From assembly GCA_037447605.1 (NCBI GenBank), contig CM074819.1:1324297-1388296 (forward strand): a DNA stretch of 64,000 bases, in the 5' to 3' direction. Position 1 is the first letter of the stretch. Every line of letters starts with the position of its first letter. This stretch comes from Zygnema circumcarinatum SAG 698-1b. Taxonomy: Eukaryota > Plantae > Zygnematophyceae. Below are positions 12,155 through 25,109 of this stretch, in pieces. A program made the translations under genes and the position numbers. Under the pieces are notes generated by a model. It did not search any database. It saw only the letters and a list, made by a program, of their open reading frames with translations, and was not told the origin of the DNA.

Positions 12155-12911
12155 AAAATTTCTCGCTCGCCGCTGCCCGAATCGCGCGCCGTCCTGTTAA
12201 CGCTACAGTACAGTAGCGGCGGGCCCGTCGTACGGTCGCCGGCGAGGTTTTGGCCGTCAAGACCCGCCGGTCGTTACTGGCGGTACGGTACTCTCCGCAC
12301 CATGCCACAAGTATGCGATCCTCGCTTTTTTCGTTTGTCCATATGTCCTTCGCGACCAGTTGTTCCTCATGCTTCCCCATGTTGTTCATTTTGTCCGTGT
12401 ACAATTGATAGCATGCATCATGGCCATCATGAAACCAATGCCACTTTCCTTCATTAACAAATCTTGGGCCCGAAGAATCCCACATCTTCCCCTTTAGAGT
12501 GGGCAGAGGCTTTTGTTCAACATTTGCTTGCGTCGAATGTGCATTTCTGTGCAAGCTCATGGAAACTTTGTGAGGCTTTTCAATCGATATTGATGTGTTC
12601 AGAACAATGGCAGGGGGCGAGCCTTGCCTTGCCTTGACTTGCCTTGACTTGCCTTGACTTGCCTCCACATAGAGGCTCTGCCCACGCGCTAACTACATTG
12701 TAGAACAAGAAGAAGAACACGAAGGCTCTCAAGCAGAGCGAGCTGCAACCAATCCTCACTTTAAAAGCAGCCCTTCGCTTCGCCTCCTGTTCTACAAGCC
12801 ACCTAAAGTTCGCTATGAATACTGCATTATTTCTTACTATCGATCGCTGTAACACAAGAGTCCCATCACGGCAGTTCACACGTTAGCTAGCTGAGCACAC
12901 CTTTGCATGTT

Positions 12912-15900
12912 CTATACCTGCGAGACACCCTTCAGCTCTTTGTTGCCATCCGCCACGGGTCTCACTCGTCCACGCTCTCCTTTTGAGTTTTCAGCAAACT
13001 GCACACACCCGGATGGAACAGTTTATCAGCTACTAAGTTCTCTCTCTCTCCCTCTCTCCCTCGCTCTCCCTCTACTAAGTTTTCTCCCTCTCGACTAAGT
13101 TTCTCTCTTTCTTTCTCTCTCTCTCTCCCTCGACTAAGTTCTCTCCATCTCGACTAAGTTTCTCTCTCTCTCTCCCTCTCTTTCTCTCCCTCTACTAACT
13201 TCTCTCCCTCTCGACTTAGTTTCTCCATCTCTCTTTCTCTCTCTACTAAGTTCTCTCCCTCTCTCTACGAAGTTTTTCGCTCTCTATCTCTCTTCCCCCC
13301 CTCTCTCCCTCTCTATTTCTCTCTCTCTATCTCTCCGTCTCTTTCGACATTGATAACAGTTTCAAAACCTAATCCTCTACTTCACCTTCCTCTGGTGCTT
13401 CCATCCCTTCATTTCCTCACCTTCATGCCCGCAACGTGCAGGTTCTGCTCCTTCTCTTTCTCGCTGTACTCCGACGCATAGTACGACTCCTCCGTGGCGG
13501 TGGGAGCCCTCGAGGGAGGCAGCAGGATCCCTCCCCACTGCGGAAAGTAAATGAAGAAAACCAAACAGGTCACGCCCATGATCATGATCCCCATGTACTT
13601 GAACCCATCCTGAGCGGGATACGAAGCGCTTGTGAAGAAGATCGCCTGCACGCATCGATGCAGAGGAGAAGGAGAAGGGAGAGGAGGGGGAGGAGAGGAT
13701 AAACACGAGCATGTTAACTTCGCATCGTACACACATAAAAGGTGCATTCCCTGCATTCCAATTGTGGACTTCAAAAAAGCAGCTCAGTTCCGGGGAGTTG
13801 AAAGCCCTAACAACCGTTCTATGAGAGCGAGAAGGAGTTCCATAGTGAGCGAGCACCTGGGTGACTGCGGAGCCCACATTCCCCCCTGCGCCGGTCAAGC
13901 CCGAGACTACGCCGAGCGCGCGACGTGACACGAAGGGCACGACCCCGAAGGTGGCTCCGCAGGCGGCCTGACAGAAGAACGAGAACACGATGAGGACGAC
14001 CACGGAGGAGGCGACACTGCTCATGTAGCCCAAGGTGAGGCAGGAGAGGCCGCCCAGAGTCTGCAAAAGACATAGCCAGAAAACAGGCGCACGGGAGTCA
14101 GGAGGATTGGACTACAGGACTACAGGAAGAGGGAGCCGTCTTCCCCCCCCTCCCCTCCTCTCTCTGTGTGGAAGTCTGCGGGGGAGAAGGGGAGGGAGGG
14201 GGGGGANNNNNNNNNNGGGAGGGAGGGAGAGAGGGAGGGAGGGAGGGAGAGAGAGAGAGGGAGAGAGGGAGGGAGGCTCACCTGAATGGTCCAAAGGAGC
14301 AGCAGTCGACCGCGCATTCCGAATCGGCGCGCGGAGACATCGGAGAGGATTCCTCCGGTCGGCCTCGACACGACGTTGGCGAGTCCAAAGGAAGCTGCGC
14401 AGCCCCCCTCATTCAAAGGTGTCAAAAATCAAAGAGAAACTTAGTTGGGCGGGTGACTAACCAAACCAACGACGGGCGGCTGTCTATGGCAGTTAGAGGC
14501 GGCCGACATCGTGAGTGAGGCTGATGGGGGTGGCGAGTGCATGCATGCATACATGCAATGAGGCCGGCGGTCGTGACACTCAGCGCGAAGCGGTCCACGA
14601 AATAGTTGTGAATGACATTGTCGATTGTGAGCTCCACGCCGAAGCAGTAGCCGTACAACATAATCATGATGTAGGTGCGGTAGTTCGTGAACGCCACCCA
14701 CATCACCTGATGTTGCATCCGTCCACATCCCAAAAGTCATGAGGCCATAGAAGCAAATGAAAGGAACAGAGCAGACGTGGTATTGGATAAAGTCGTGCCA
14801 AATAACTGCACCCCGGAAGTGTTAAGTGTGACTAATACCGCAAGTCAAACCTGAAAGACAAGGTCAAACAAAAGGAGTTTTGTGTTGTGTTGTTGCTGAA
14901 GTTCATAATAAGACTTGCGCATGAACAGAGCCCAGTTAATTGGCTTCATGGACAACACAAATGGGGATTCAAACAATGAACATATGCCCGCTTCTCACCA
15001 CCAATCCAAGAGGAGAGAAGGAGCAACAGGACCGTATAGGAGGGAGCTATTTTTCAAATGAAAAGCTCCAGCTTCCATTTTTCAGTTTTCAGTTTCAGTT
15101 TTCCAGCTTTCAGATTCCAGTTTGGGAGAAGCCGATTCCACCTTTGAGAGTTTGTCCATCTTGCGCGTGCCCGCCTTGTTGAGTGCGAGGTACTGCCCGT
15201 CGGGGCAGTCCTGCCCGAAGGCGAGCACGAGAAGGCCCACAAAAATTTGGGCAGTGCCCGGAACAAAGAAGGCGAGTCTCCATGCTGTGAACTCTTTAGC
15301 TCCAAACGAGTCTCTGATGAGCAGCTCAAGGAACGGCATGAGGAGCTGGATAAAGCCACCGCCCAGGTTGCCCCACCCGGCTGACAAGCCGTTGGCTAAC
15401 CCCACGATCTTTGCATTGAACATGGAGCTCATCCAGTACTGCTCAGCCCCTCACCGGCGCGCCCATTGCCGTGTCAGTGCGGGAAGGGAGGAGGGGAGAG
15501 ACAAGGGATGATGGCGAAGGGGGAGTGGTGGGAGATAGGAAGTGGGAGGAGCAGGAAGGAGAGGGAGGTGCAGGTCGAACAAGGGAGAGCGGGAAGGAGA
15601 GGGAGGAGCAGAAAGGAGAGGGAATAGGAGGAAGGAGCGAAAGTAACAGGAAAGAGAGGGAGGAGCAGCAAGGAGAGTGGGAGGAAGGTGAGAAGGCAAA
15701 AGTGCAAAGAATGGGACGAGAGGGAGAAGGACACCTGACAGCTGACGAAGGTGGCGAGGGCGAATCCGATGAAGAGGCGCACGACGATGTAGCCGGTGGC
15801 GGTGGAGACGGCCGCCATGGAGAGCGTGCAGGGCACGGTGGCCATGAGGAGGAAGGCGGCGCCGTAGCGCGGGCCCACCAGGTCGCAGATGGAGCCCATG

Positions 15901-16444
15901 ATGACACGCGAGAGCACCGCGCCCACCACGGAGGTGATGGCGGCGTTGCCCACGTCCGTCTTGGTCAGGCTGATGTTCTCGCGGATGATGGGCACCAGCG
16001 GCGGCGCCGCGAAGGACGAGCAGAAGGCCGTGAAGAAGGAGAACCACGCGAGGTGGAACGCGCGCATGTGCGGCTGCGCCACGCTGAACAGCTTGATCTT
16101 CTTCGCCTTGTGCTCCGAGTCCACCGGCAGCGGGAACAGCCCCTCCGCCTCGTCCGTCTGCGCCGCGTTGTACTGGAATATCGGCTCCCTGCACGCCCCC
16201 CACCCTCCCTACCGCCGCTCAGAGATAAGGGATTATTTCCAGCATTTCAGGAACATCTTTATGAATTTGGCGACTTTCTGATCACCGGAAGGTCGCTGTT
16301 GTGACACTTCCCTGCATGCTGTACAGCCTGCCGACAAGCTCCCACAATGCCCCTGCAAACCAACCTACCCGAGACGCCACGCATAGAATCCCCGGGCTCT
16401 CCGGGCGCATCTCTGCCGATGGGTGTGATCGACTGATCCGCCAT
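12912..16444 (-). CDS. NRT2: High-affinity nitrate transporter NRT2 (MFS, NNP family), ~8 exons
   Basis: Spliced exons give [85 protein letters not shown] and [11 protein letters not shown]; stop TAG at 12912-12914. Confidence 0.97.
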
Positions 16445-16544
16445 GGCTTCGTCCTTAACCTCCCTCTCCCTCTAACTCTTCCTTTCTCCCTTTCCCTCTC
16501 CCTCTCCCGCACTCGCCCGCATTCCCGACGGCAAGTTGCGCGCC

Positions 16545-16551
16545 TTTTATA
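16545..16551 (-). promoter_or_regulatory. Putative TATA box of NRT2
   Basis: TATAAAA on the - strand ~100 bp upstream of the ATG. GTAC cluster at 16585-16658 and CACGTG G-boxes at ~16755 and ~16813 lie further upstream. Confidence 0.55.
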
Positions 16552-18462
16552 CGGCGGGGATGCAGCACTTGGCATGGCACATTCGTACGGACTCGAAATG
16601 TACGGACATGTTGTACTATATGTACGGAAACTGCGGCGGATCGTTTGGTTGGCCGTACGGTTATACGAGGAGTCGCTCCGTCGACCAATGCGAGACGTCC
16701 ACGAGACATAGTCCCACCTTTGATTGGTCGGTTTTTGCGGGCCCGCTGAGGCGGCACGTGGTGGTACGGAATTGGGCGCGTCCGTCGGCGATGCCACAGG
16801 CCGGGCGGCAGCCACGTGGTGGGCCACAGTCCTACGTGGCAGCTCCAGAACGCCAACGTGGCGATTGACTTGTCGGTGGCCAATCAGCGAGAAGGGATTT
16901 GAAGCGTGGCGCACCGTCCATTTCGGAAGCCGTGGGATAATCCAGACCGTCTATTTGAACTGTGCAATTCATCATCTGAATGGTGTATTTGAAAACCAAT
17001 CAGCAGTTGTCATGTCAGCAATATTTATGACATGGCGAGCTGTGATTGGTTTGGCTTCGAATAGGGCCACCATGGTGGCAAGCCCTTCCCTCCATCCATA
17101 CGATGGTCCTTAGACCTAATTTCTAATAGAAGCACAGTCTGCATCGAACGGCAGAGGAGACGCGTTTGCCATCCAACGGCACCGGAGGGCTGGACAGTCC
17201 ATCGCCTTTCCATGTCACAGATAAGCGGCGTGTTGTTGAGTGGACCGGTTTCCATGTAGGCAACTCGATTTATTCGCATTGCCGCCCGTCTGGAGGCGCC
17301 TGCTCTTGTAGCGAAAAAACACTCTTATCTTATCCTATCTTATCACTTCTCTGCTTCTCTTAAACCTCAAGGACTTCAAACCACATAAACGCCCAAAATG
17401 TTGTGATGTCAACTTAGTGTCCGACAAATTCATCATCATCATCAGCCGCCCATCGCCGGCTTCCTTACAAATTTGAGCAGGACAAGATAACGCAGAGTGC
17501 AGAAAACGAAGAAAGACTTCGTCAAAATAAAACTAAGCAGTGCAGGACAATTACATGTATGAGAGATGCTTCGAGAATGGAAGTGGCATTGATCTGCGAG
17601 TTGCTTCTGTTTACATGGGTCATCCGCATTACCTGAATTCCGCATGCCAGTCAATCCATATGCCATCTCATCCGCATGCCACCATGACGCAGAGAGCCTC
17701 TCACATAAGGCGTGCGGACAGACAAGCATCATTTACCACGAGAAGTCGCAGAAGCTGCACGAGCATGGAGAAAAACAGACACTTCCGAGACAAACAGGGC
17801 GGAGACAACGTTGTCAGAGCAAACTCTCCACTTCAAAGAACCTGCGCGGAACTTAAGGTTACATAGAAGTGCCAAATGAAAAGAAAGCCCTGAAAACTTT
17901 CCGCTAAAGCCAAAATAACTGCTCGTAAGAGTCAACCCGCTCACCCTCCCTCCATCCCTTCCTCCCCTCCTGCACAGCGGCCAAGTAGGTAGCTCTAACC
18001 AAACGCCACTCCACCAGCTTGGATTGAGGCCTTATCCCCCCTTCCTGCTGTACCCATTCCTACCAAAAAAAAAGGCGGCTCCTGAACAAGCGGCGGCTCC
18101 TGCTCCAAGCCAGTCTCATATGGGCAATGTCATGCTACGCCACTCCTCCATGCTTGAAGCCATATCATGTCATGTCGTAGTACTGAGCACCCCTCGCCCG
18201 GCACTCACATACCTCTCACTCCGTTCTAACTCCCTCCCCACTACAAGGCCTCTCGTTTTTGGCGCAGAATCAAGTGCCTTCTTCCTCATCACCCGACTGA
18301 TTTGTCTACATGAACTCAGGCCTTTCACACTCATCACCTGGTTACGTCCCCCCTTCCGGCCGTCCATCCCTCCTCTTCCTCTCTCATCCACCCCCCCCCC
18401 CCCCCCNNNNNNNNNNCCCCCCCCCCCCCCCCTCCTCCTCCCCATACCCTCTTCCGAGCACT

Positions 18463-21400
18463 CTATTTTCCTCCTAAAGTAGGGAACTGCGACTGATCTT
18501 CTGTGTTGATTTGGGGAGACGAGAAGTTGCGTCCACCATATCCACCGCGGCCTCCTCCCGGCCCATAGCCGCGCCCTCCTCCATAGCCGCCTCCCTCACG
18601 CTCTCCATTTCCACGGAAAGCTCCACGGCCCTCCCTCCTCTCCCCACGCCCGCCCCCGCGCCCTCCGCGGCTACGAGGATAGTAGGACTCTCCTTCAGCT
18701 GGCTTCAGAAACTCGTTTATGTTCACAGCCTGCAGGAGCAGCCAGAAGGCCTCAGTCATACTAACTTGCCTTACACACGTTCCCATTACAGTAGCAAGTG
18801 CTGGACACATCTGTCCAGTGCTGAATGAGGGGGAGAACCGAAAGGTTCGTTTTCAGACAAGTAGATATTAAGCAGCCGTTTGGCTGGCACGACACTTGCA
18901 TATTTTTGTGGCCTGTCCAGATGCCTATCCCTAGAAGCAGATATAGGTAGTGTTTCAAGCACTTCCAATAGGCCACTCTCTTGAACAGGAAATTGTGTAG
19001 CAGTAAAGAATGTCGACAACGTCGCGAAGTAGAGATGAGCAAAAATACCTTGTTCTTTTTCTCCTCTTCCTCTGCCTTCTTCTTCACGACCTTCTCCTTC
19101 TCAGCACCCTATCATAAGACATTAGCCAAAAAGTGTGAGGGAGACACATATTAGCTCGCAGACAAATAGTGTGAAGTGCTTATTGTACAACATGTAGAAT
19201 AAGCTTCCTGCAAAGAAGAGCAACAACGAAAAAAACGGATGCACTGCAAAAAGAGCGCAAAGATCTTTCAAGTAACAGCAAGACCGTAAGCTGTCCTGTC
19301 AATCTCCTCTGAAAAATCAGGCTTGGCACCATACAAAGCCTACCAGTTTCAGAAGGATAAGGTCTTCCTCCAAAACCTTCTTCTGCACCTTCTGCATTTT
19401 TTCGAAATCCTTATCTTCAACTACCTTGCGCTCTTCCGCACGGTTAGCTAAGAGTGCCTTCCTCTTCTCTTCAAACACCTTCTCATATTCATCGAGGGTC
19501 ATTTCCTGCAGCAGCAACAAAAGTGTATGGACTCAAAAAATACACAATACAATAACCATGAACCCATGACGAGAGTGAGACAAGGCGCGTTCAGACATTT
19601 CAAAACAGAAACCAGCAGGAACATCCAAACGTCACCAAAGCATAGAGCCTACAGTAAATTACTTTACACTGGGATAAATTTCACGCCTGGATGTGAACAT
19701 TTTGGAGACTGACCTTATCTTCCTCTTCCACAGGCTTGGCTGGTTCCCCGTTGGCCTTCACCTCTTCGCCTTCTGCTTTGGTCTCCTCTCCCTCAGCTTT
19801 GGCATCTGCCTCTCCCTCGGCGGGCTTTTCCTCAACTACTTCTTCCTTCACTGGTGTAGTTTGTTCAACGACAGGCATCTCCCTGCAAAAAGCAGAATAT
19901 GCAAACATTACTCTCTTTTCAACGTTGTAAAACACATGAATCGCGATGAATACAGACATGAAACGTTCGATCAAAACAACTGAGACAAATAACTGCAACA
20001 AATCCCTACTCAGGAGTTAGCTGGCCTCTTCCCTTTCAACAGGGACAAAATGAGCTCCGTAGCATCAAACACAGGAAAACCTGTTCCGCACGTGTAACAA
20101 GCTTATACTGATGGCCGTGTCCAAACCAGAAATTAATAACGCGGATTCTAAGCTAAAACGGAAATAGACCCTAACAGAAATTGCTAGCGAGAAAATGCTG
20201 CTAAGTGCATGCGTCGAACTCAATGGCCAGACCAATTTAATAGCACACTTCCAAAAGGATCCATTGTCACATGGCTAGCTGGAAGGGCTTTGAAAGGCAA
20301 CGTTCATCAAAAGAGACTTGGAAGACCACTTTAGATCTGTCTTGAAGAAGAAATTGCAGATTCAGTCAGCCAACTCCACAATTACGGCCGGGAGGTTGAT
20401 GCAGTGACAGGATATTTCTTACCAAAATGGTGCAAACAAAACACCTGACATCAAATGCCTTCCACAGAATATGCCCATTCGAACCAGTAGCCCAAACTTT
20501 GCTACGCTTTCCTCAAACCTCACAGGCTTACGATTTATGCATCACCAAGCTCATGTTGCAAGCACATATTTCCGTAACAGGCAAAAACCAAGAGTACAAT
20601 TTAATAGATAGCAAAAGTCGGAATTTCCACGCCGGTCAAGGGTCTTTCAGGTTGAGCAAACATGCAATCCAAAGCCATGAAATCCAAAAATCATAAAGCA
20701 GGTACATACTCTTGCTGGACCTCGCCTTCAACTCCCCAATTGCCCTGTCCACCACCGTGGCGCTTCATCTCGTGCCTGCAACGAAAGTCAAGTAAACGCT
20801 CCATTTGACTTCCAAAAATGGCTGGCCCTTCAAATGACAAACAGCTCAGGCCAGACTTCCACAACCAAGTACAGAGGAGTCCCTATCTGAGAGACGCCAG
20901 CAAAACGAAACCAACACACTGCACGGATCACTTCAACAATGCAAAACCCACATACCACTCAAGGGCAACTTCAACAACCTCCGTAGAAACAGAGCAAAGG
21001 GACAATGTAACAAAAAACGCAATAGGTGGTCAAAATGCACTACATCGCCAAAGGAATTAAACACCTACTCCAAAAGACAAGCTCACTCAAATTGGCCTTC
21101 AAGAACATGTCCTCCTCACCCGCGCCCTGTTCCAGAATGACGATCATGCTCCCTGCGGAAATGTCGGTGCTCCTCACCACCCTCTCTCCCGCCCTGGAAA
21201 GCACGCCCTTCTCCTCCCTCACCACGGTTTCCTTGATATCCCCTCCCTTCTCCTCCCTCACCGCGATTTTGATAGAAGCCGCGGCCTCGGACACCACGCC
21301 CTCCACGGCCTCCACCTCGTCCTCCCTCAAGATTTCGAACTTCCCCATCCTCAGTGCGACCATAGCCCCCTCCACGGCCTCCCTGGAATCCTCCTTCCCC

Positions 21401-22073
21401 TCCCTCTACTCCCTCACGCTGCTCATTGCTAGGCCTCCGCCCGCCATAGTTTCCACCTTCCCTTTCTCCAAAGCGCTGGTTGTAGCCCCCATCTCTCCCG
21501 CCTCGGAATCCACCTCTCTCTCCTCCGCGGCCTCCACGTCCTCGACCGCGTCCTGGACCACCCTCAGCCTGAGCTGCAACAGGCGCCTTCACTGGCTCGC
21601 TTACTGCAAAAAAACACCCAAGCAAATAAAATTCACAGTGCGACGAGCAAACGATCAAACCACGCAACTTAATTTCACGCAGAATACATCAATATATATA
21701 TATATGCGAATTAGGCCAGGCAGCAGCTTTAAGGAGCTGGAAACATCAGCAAGTATTTCCGGGGGGCAGCTGAGCCCTTGTCAGCCAAAAGAAAGTATCT
21801 CAGAAGAAAGTTCTCAAGCCCTTCCAAACCGCACTAGTAAAAGCTTTCACGCAATTAACGACTGAAGTTTCCACAAAAGCAGCCAAAAAGCGAAAGCAGT
21901 AACAGTCTGCCAACTGCATTACCCGTCTCCGGCTTCGCAGGCTGCGGCTTGGCCACAGCCTTCTTGGCCGCCGGCTTCTCCACAGACACGGGCCCTACCA
22001 CGCGGTTCACAACGGCCTGGGGGTCCTCATTCTCATCGTCATCAAGCAATGCAAAGAAGTTCTGCGTCGCCAT
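18463..22073 (-). CDS. RGG-repeat RNA-binding protein (HABP4/PAI-RBP1/Stm1-like, plant RGGA-type), ~7 exons
   Basis: N-terminal MATQNFFALLDDDENEDP, RGG-rich exon, REHDRHSGTGRG, KRHGGGQGNWG, EMTLDEYEK, AVNINEFLKP and C-terminal QFPTLGGK*. Confidence 0.93.
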
Positions 22074-22344
22074 GGCTGCTCTGCAGGCAAGAGCGGGAGT
22101 TTCCCCCCTTCGAAGCCGCCGCTTCCTGCTGGCTCACTCAGCAAACTGCCTGAACGAGCTCCACGCCGCACCTGCTAAGCGCGGCAGCCATGGCCGGCAT
22201 GACACCTCTCCCCTCCTCCCTCTCTCTCTCACTCCCTCCCTCCCTCGGACTGCAGGGGAGGACGGCGGCTGCTGCTGCGACGCGTGGCGGCCTCCGCGAA
22301 TCCCAGGGGCGCCGAAAAGGGCGATTAGGGCTTCCGCGGGGCCC

Positions 22345-22350
22345 TTTATA
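22345..22350 (-). promoter_or_regulatory. Putative TATA box of the RGG gene
   Basis: TATAAA on the - strand ~270 bp upstream of the ATG, next to GGGCCC. Confidence 0.4.
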
Positions 22351-22635
22351 CTGGAGGCGCCTTGAACCCTCGTAAGAAACCGGGCAGGCTAAAAGGGTTC
22401 AGAGGAAAACCATCGGGCTGGGTTTGCAAGGGGGGAAAAAAAAGTGGTAAATGGACGGACAGATGCCTGCCACGTGGAACAAATGAGAAATGGGGAAAGG
22501 AGGGCCGTTAGATTCGGACGGCGACGCCCCGCGGGCGTCAGGTAAGGACGGGACGGGACGCGGGGTTTAGGGATTTGCGGGCAGGCGATTGGATAAAACG
22601 GCCGCAGGGGTTCTAGGGCTTGTGGCATCTCTGGG

Positions 22636-22945
22636 CGGTTCGCATGTTGGAGCATGAAATGTTGCCTTGCTATGTGCCATTGGATGGACATTGTTCAGCT
22701 CGTCTACGCGGTTCTCATGTTGGAGCATGAAATGTCAACTTGCTATGTGCCATTGGATGGACATTGTTCAGCTCGTCTACGCGGTTCTCATGTTGGAGCA
22801 TGAAATGTCAACTTGCTATGTGCCATTATGGACATTGTTCAGCTCGTCTACGCGGTTCTCATGTTGGAGTATGAAAATAGTCTTAGTGTCCCCATTGCAC
22901 CGGTCTTGTTCATCTCGTCTATTCTCATGTTGGAGCATGAAAGGA
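22636..22945. repeat. 66-73-bp tandem satellite; degenerate units resume at ~24350-24625
   Basis: CATGTTGGAG(C/T)ATGAAA starts at 22643, 22716, 22789, 22860 and 22926; related motifs at 24371 and 24574. Confidence 0.9.
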
Positions 22946-23149
22946 AGACGGAAATGACATTGCTCTCACGATAGCGATGCCATGAAATGCACATGCGAAA
23001 GTCAACATGGGGAACCACTAGGAACCAACCGGTCACAAGGGATCTGAGGACGAGAAAAACGCCACAAGCTGCAATCCGGAAGTAGAAGAACCCACAAGCA
23101 GCCGCGAAGGTCGCAGGAGAAGGGGAGAGGCAAGGGGGCGCTGCGCAGC

Positions 23150-23326
23150 TTGGAGGACAATGGGATCGCTAGCCATTGGCCAAGCATTGGCAATGGCAAT
23201 GGTTGGACGTCCTATGGTTCGCAACCATTGCCATCCAATGGTTGTGGCCATTGGCAATGGTTGCTTCGACCCGGCGCCAATGGCTCGCAACCATTCGCAA
23301 TGGTTGGTCCAATGGTCCGACCTGTG
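23150..23326. mobile_element. Partial copy of the CACAG-TIR element family
   Basis: Same ccattgg/caatggtt subterminal repeats, ending in AATGGTCCGACCTGTG (right TIR). Left end degenerate. Confidence 0.6.
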
Positions 23327-23423
23327 CAACGCAGTAAGGCAGTGGAAATGCGCTGGCGATAGAAGGTGGCGAGCATTGCCGGAGGGGCACAATGAATGTT
23401 GGCTTTCCATTCCCAATATTGTA

Positions 23424-24334
23424 GGGGGGTCAGACATAGACCATGGCCAATCAAATTGGGGGCGACTATTTACAGTGTACGGATTCTGAATGTAGTGTAC
23501 GATTTCACCGGGCAGCAAAAAAATCATTTTTTTGGTTGCCCGGCGCTGTTTCATACTTTTTAGAATAGATACAGACCTTTTTCATCGGATGTACGGATAG
23601 TGATTTGAAATGTACGAAGCGCGCGCGTCTACAAGGTATAAGGGCGCAACACGTGGAGCAACATGATTGGTCGCGGCAACATATGACGTGACAAGTATGT
23701 TTGGGACCGTGACGTGACGAAACGAGACGCGACAAAAGTGGAGTCCGCGGACGGCAGTCGGAAATGGCGGGAATAAAAACTGACAGATTTTTCCTGAAAC
23801 ACGCTACGTTATGTGCCCTATCTTTTTCTGTCAGTTTTAATTCCGGCCATTTCCGACTGCCGTCCGCGGACTCCACTTTTTTCGCGTCTCGTTTCGTCAC
23901 GTCACAGTCCCAAACATACTTGCCACGTCATATGTTGCCGCGACCAATCATGTTGCTCCACGTGTTGCGCCCTTATACCTTGTAGACGCGCGCGCTTCGT
24001 ACATTTCAAATCACTATCCGTACATCCGATGAAAAAGGTCTGTATCTATTCTAAAAAGTATGAAACAGCGCCGGGCAACCAAAAAAATGATTTTTTTGCT
24101 GCCCGGCGAAATCGTACACTACATTCAGAATCCGTACACTGTAAATAGTCGCCCCCAATCAAATTAAGCAAGCCTGTCGGGCGAATTAAGCATTTGCTAC
24201 GTACGCATTTCAGTACGGCTGGGTTCGGCAGAGCCGCGGATCCCGAACCGGAATTCGTACACGAAACTTTGGCCTTTAGTACAGTATACTAATTCGAGAA
24301 TTTAGTACGGCCATGGTCAATGTCTGACTCCCCC
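23424..24334. mobile_element. MITE family A copy interrupted by a nested foldback element
   Basis: TIRs GGGGGGTCAGACATAGACCATGGCC and GGCCATGGTCAATGTCTGACTCCCCC, flanked by TA on both sides. Body at 24166-24334 matches the reverse complement of 1654-1849. Confidence 0.85.
23458..24156. mobile_element. Mutator-like foldback element, ~330-bp near-perfect inverted arms, 9-bp TSD
   Basis: Ends GGGGGCGACTATTTACAG and CTGTAAATAGTCGCCCCC. TSD AATCAAATT at 23449-23457 and 24157-24165. Loop ~23788-23826. Confidence 0.92.
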
Positions 24335-25109
24335 TATTTGATTGGTCTCGGTCATCTCATCATTGCTCCTCATGTTGGATAGTGAGAGTTGTCTTACTAT
24401 TCCCAACGATGAGGTCGTGTGCATCTCGCCATATACTTTTTTCATGTCTCCATGACATCTCCATAGAATGGGAATCGCTCATCTCGACTTATGCTATTCT
24501 CGTGTTGTGAGCAAGTCTCCTGTCTTAACTATCCCCAACAAATTGGGCTTGTCAGATTTGCCCGTGTTATTCTCATGTTGGAGCATGACAGTTGCCTTTC
24601 TGTCCCCACAGAATAGGTCATGTTCGGGGAGGGGAGGGAGGGAAGAGAGAGGGAGTTGGGTGGGAAGGAGGGAGGGTGGGGGGGAGGGAGGAAGGGTCTT
24701 GTTGAAGTTCACCCAGGTGTCGTTAGTCACCTTCGTCATTGGTAAACTTTTCTGATCTTGAAACGAGCCACCAGCAAGTGCATTAGCCATTAGAGAATAT
24801 CGACCAATGACTCTCTGCACAAGAAAGCTCTAAGGGTTCTAAGGGTGTTTGGAGTAGTCTGCTAACTGTGTCAGATCTTCGACTTATATTTTGCCCAATT
24901 CGGTGAGCCTTAAGGCCAAGAATCGAGTGAACTCGACATGACACATGCTCGACGCAACATCGAAACTCTCATCGTCCTCTCGGGGCCAGCAAGCCTTGAA
25001 GATCGCTTTCATATGGATGGTACCTCAGGGCTGCTTGCAGATGATTTCACTCACAAATGAACAATTATTCAAATGTTTATGGGGCATAATGAATATTCTC
25101 TCTATATCT

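Noticed and set aside
11239-12457. Repetitive Trp-rich ORFs on both strands
   Set aside because: Translations of palindromic transposon subterminal repeats.
18463-22073. Intronic box C/D snoRNAs in the RGG gene
   Set aside because: No properly spaced C and D box pair with terminal stem was found by eye.
22636-22945. CRISPR-like look: recurring semi-palindromic TCATG-TTGGAG-CATGA motif with ~50-bp intervals
   Set aside because: The first three intervals are near-identical and later ones are diverged homologues; eukaryotic context and no cas genes. It is a satellite.
23505-24148. Two near-identical ORFs on opposite strands
   Set aside because: A consequence of the foldback palindrome; no transposase motifs.
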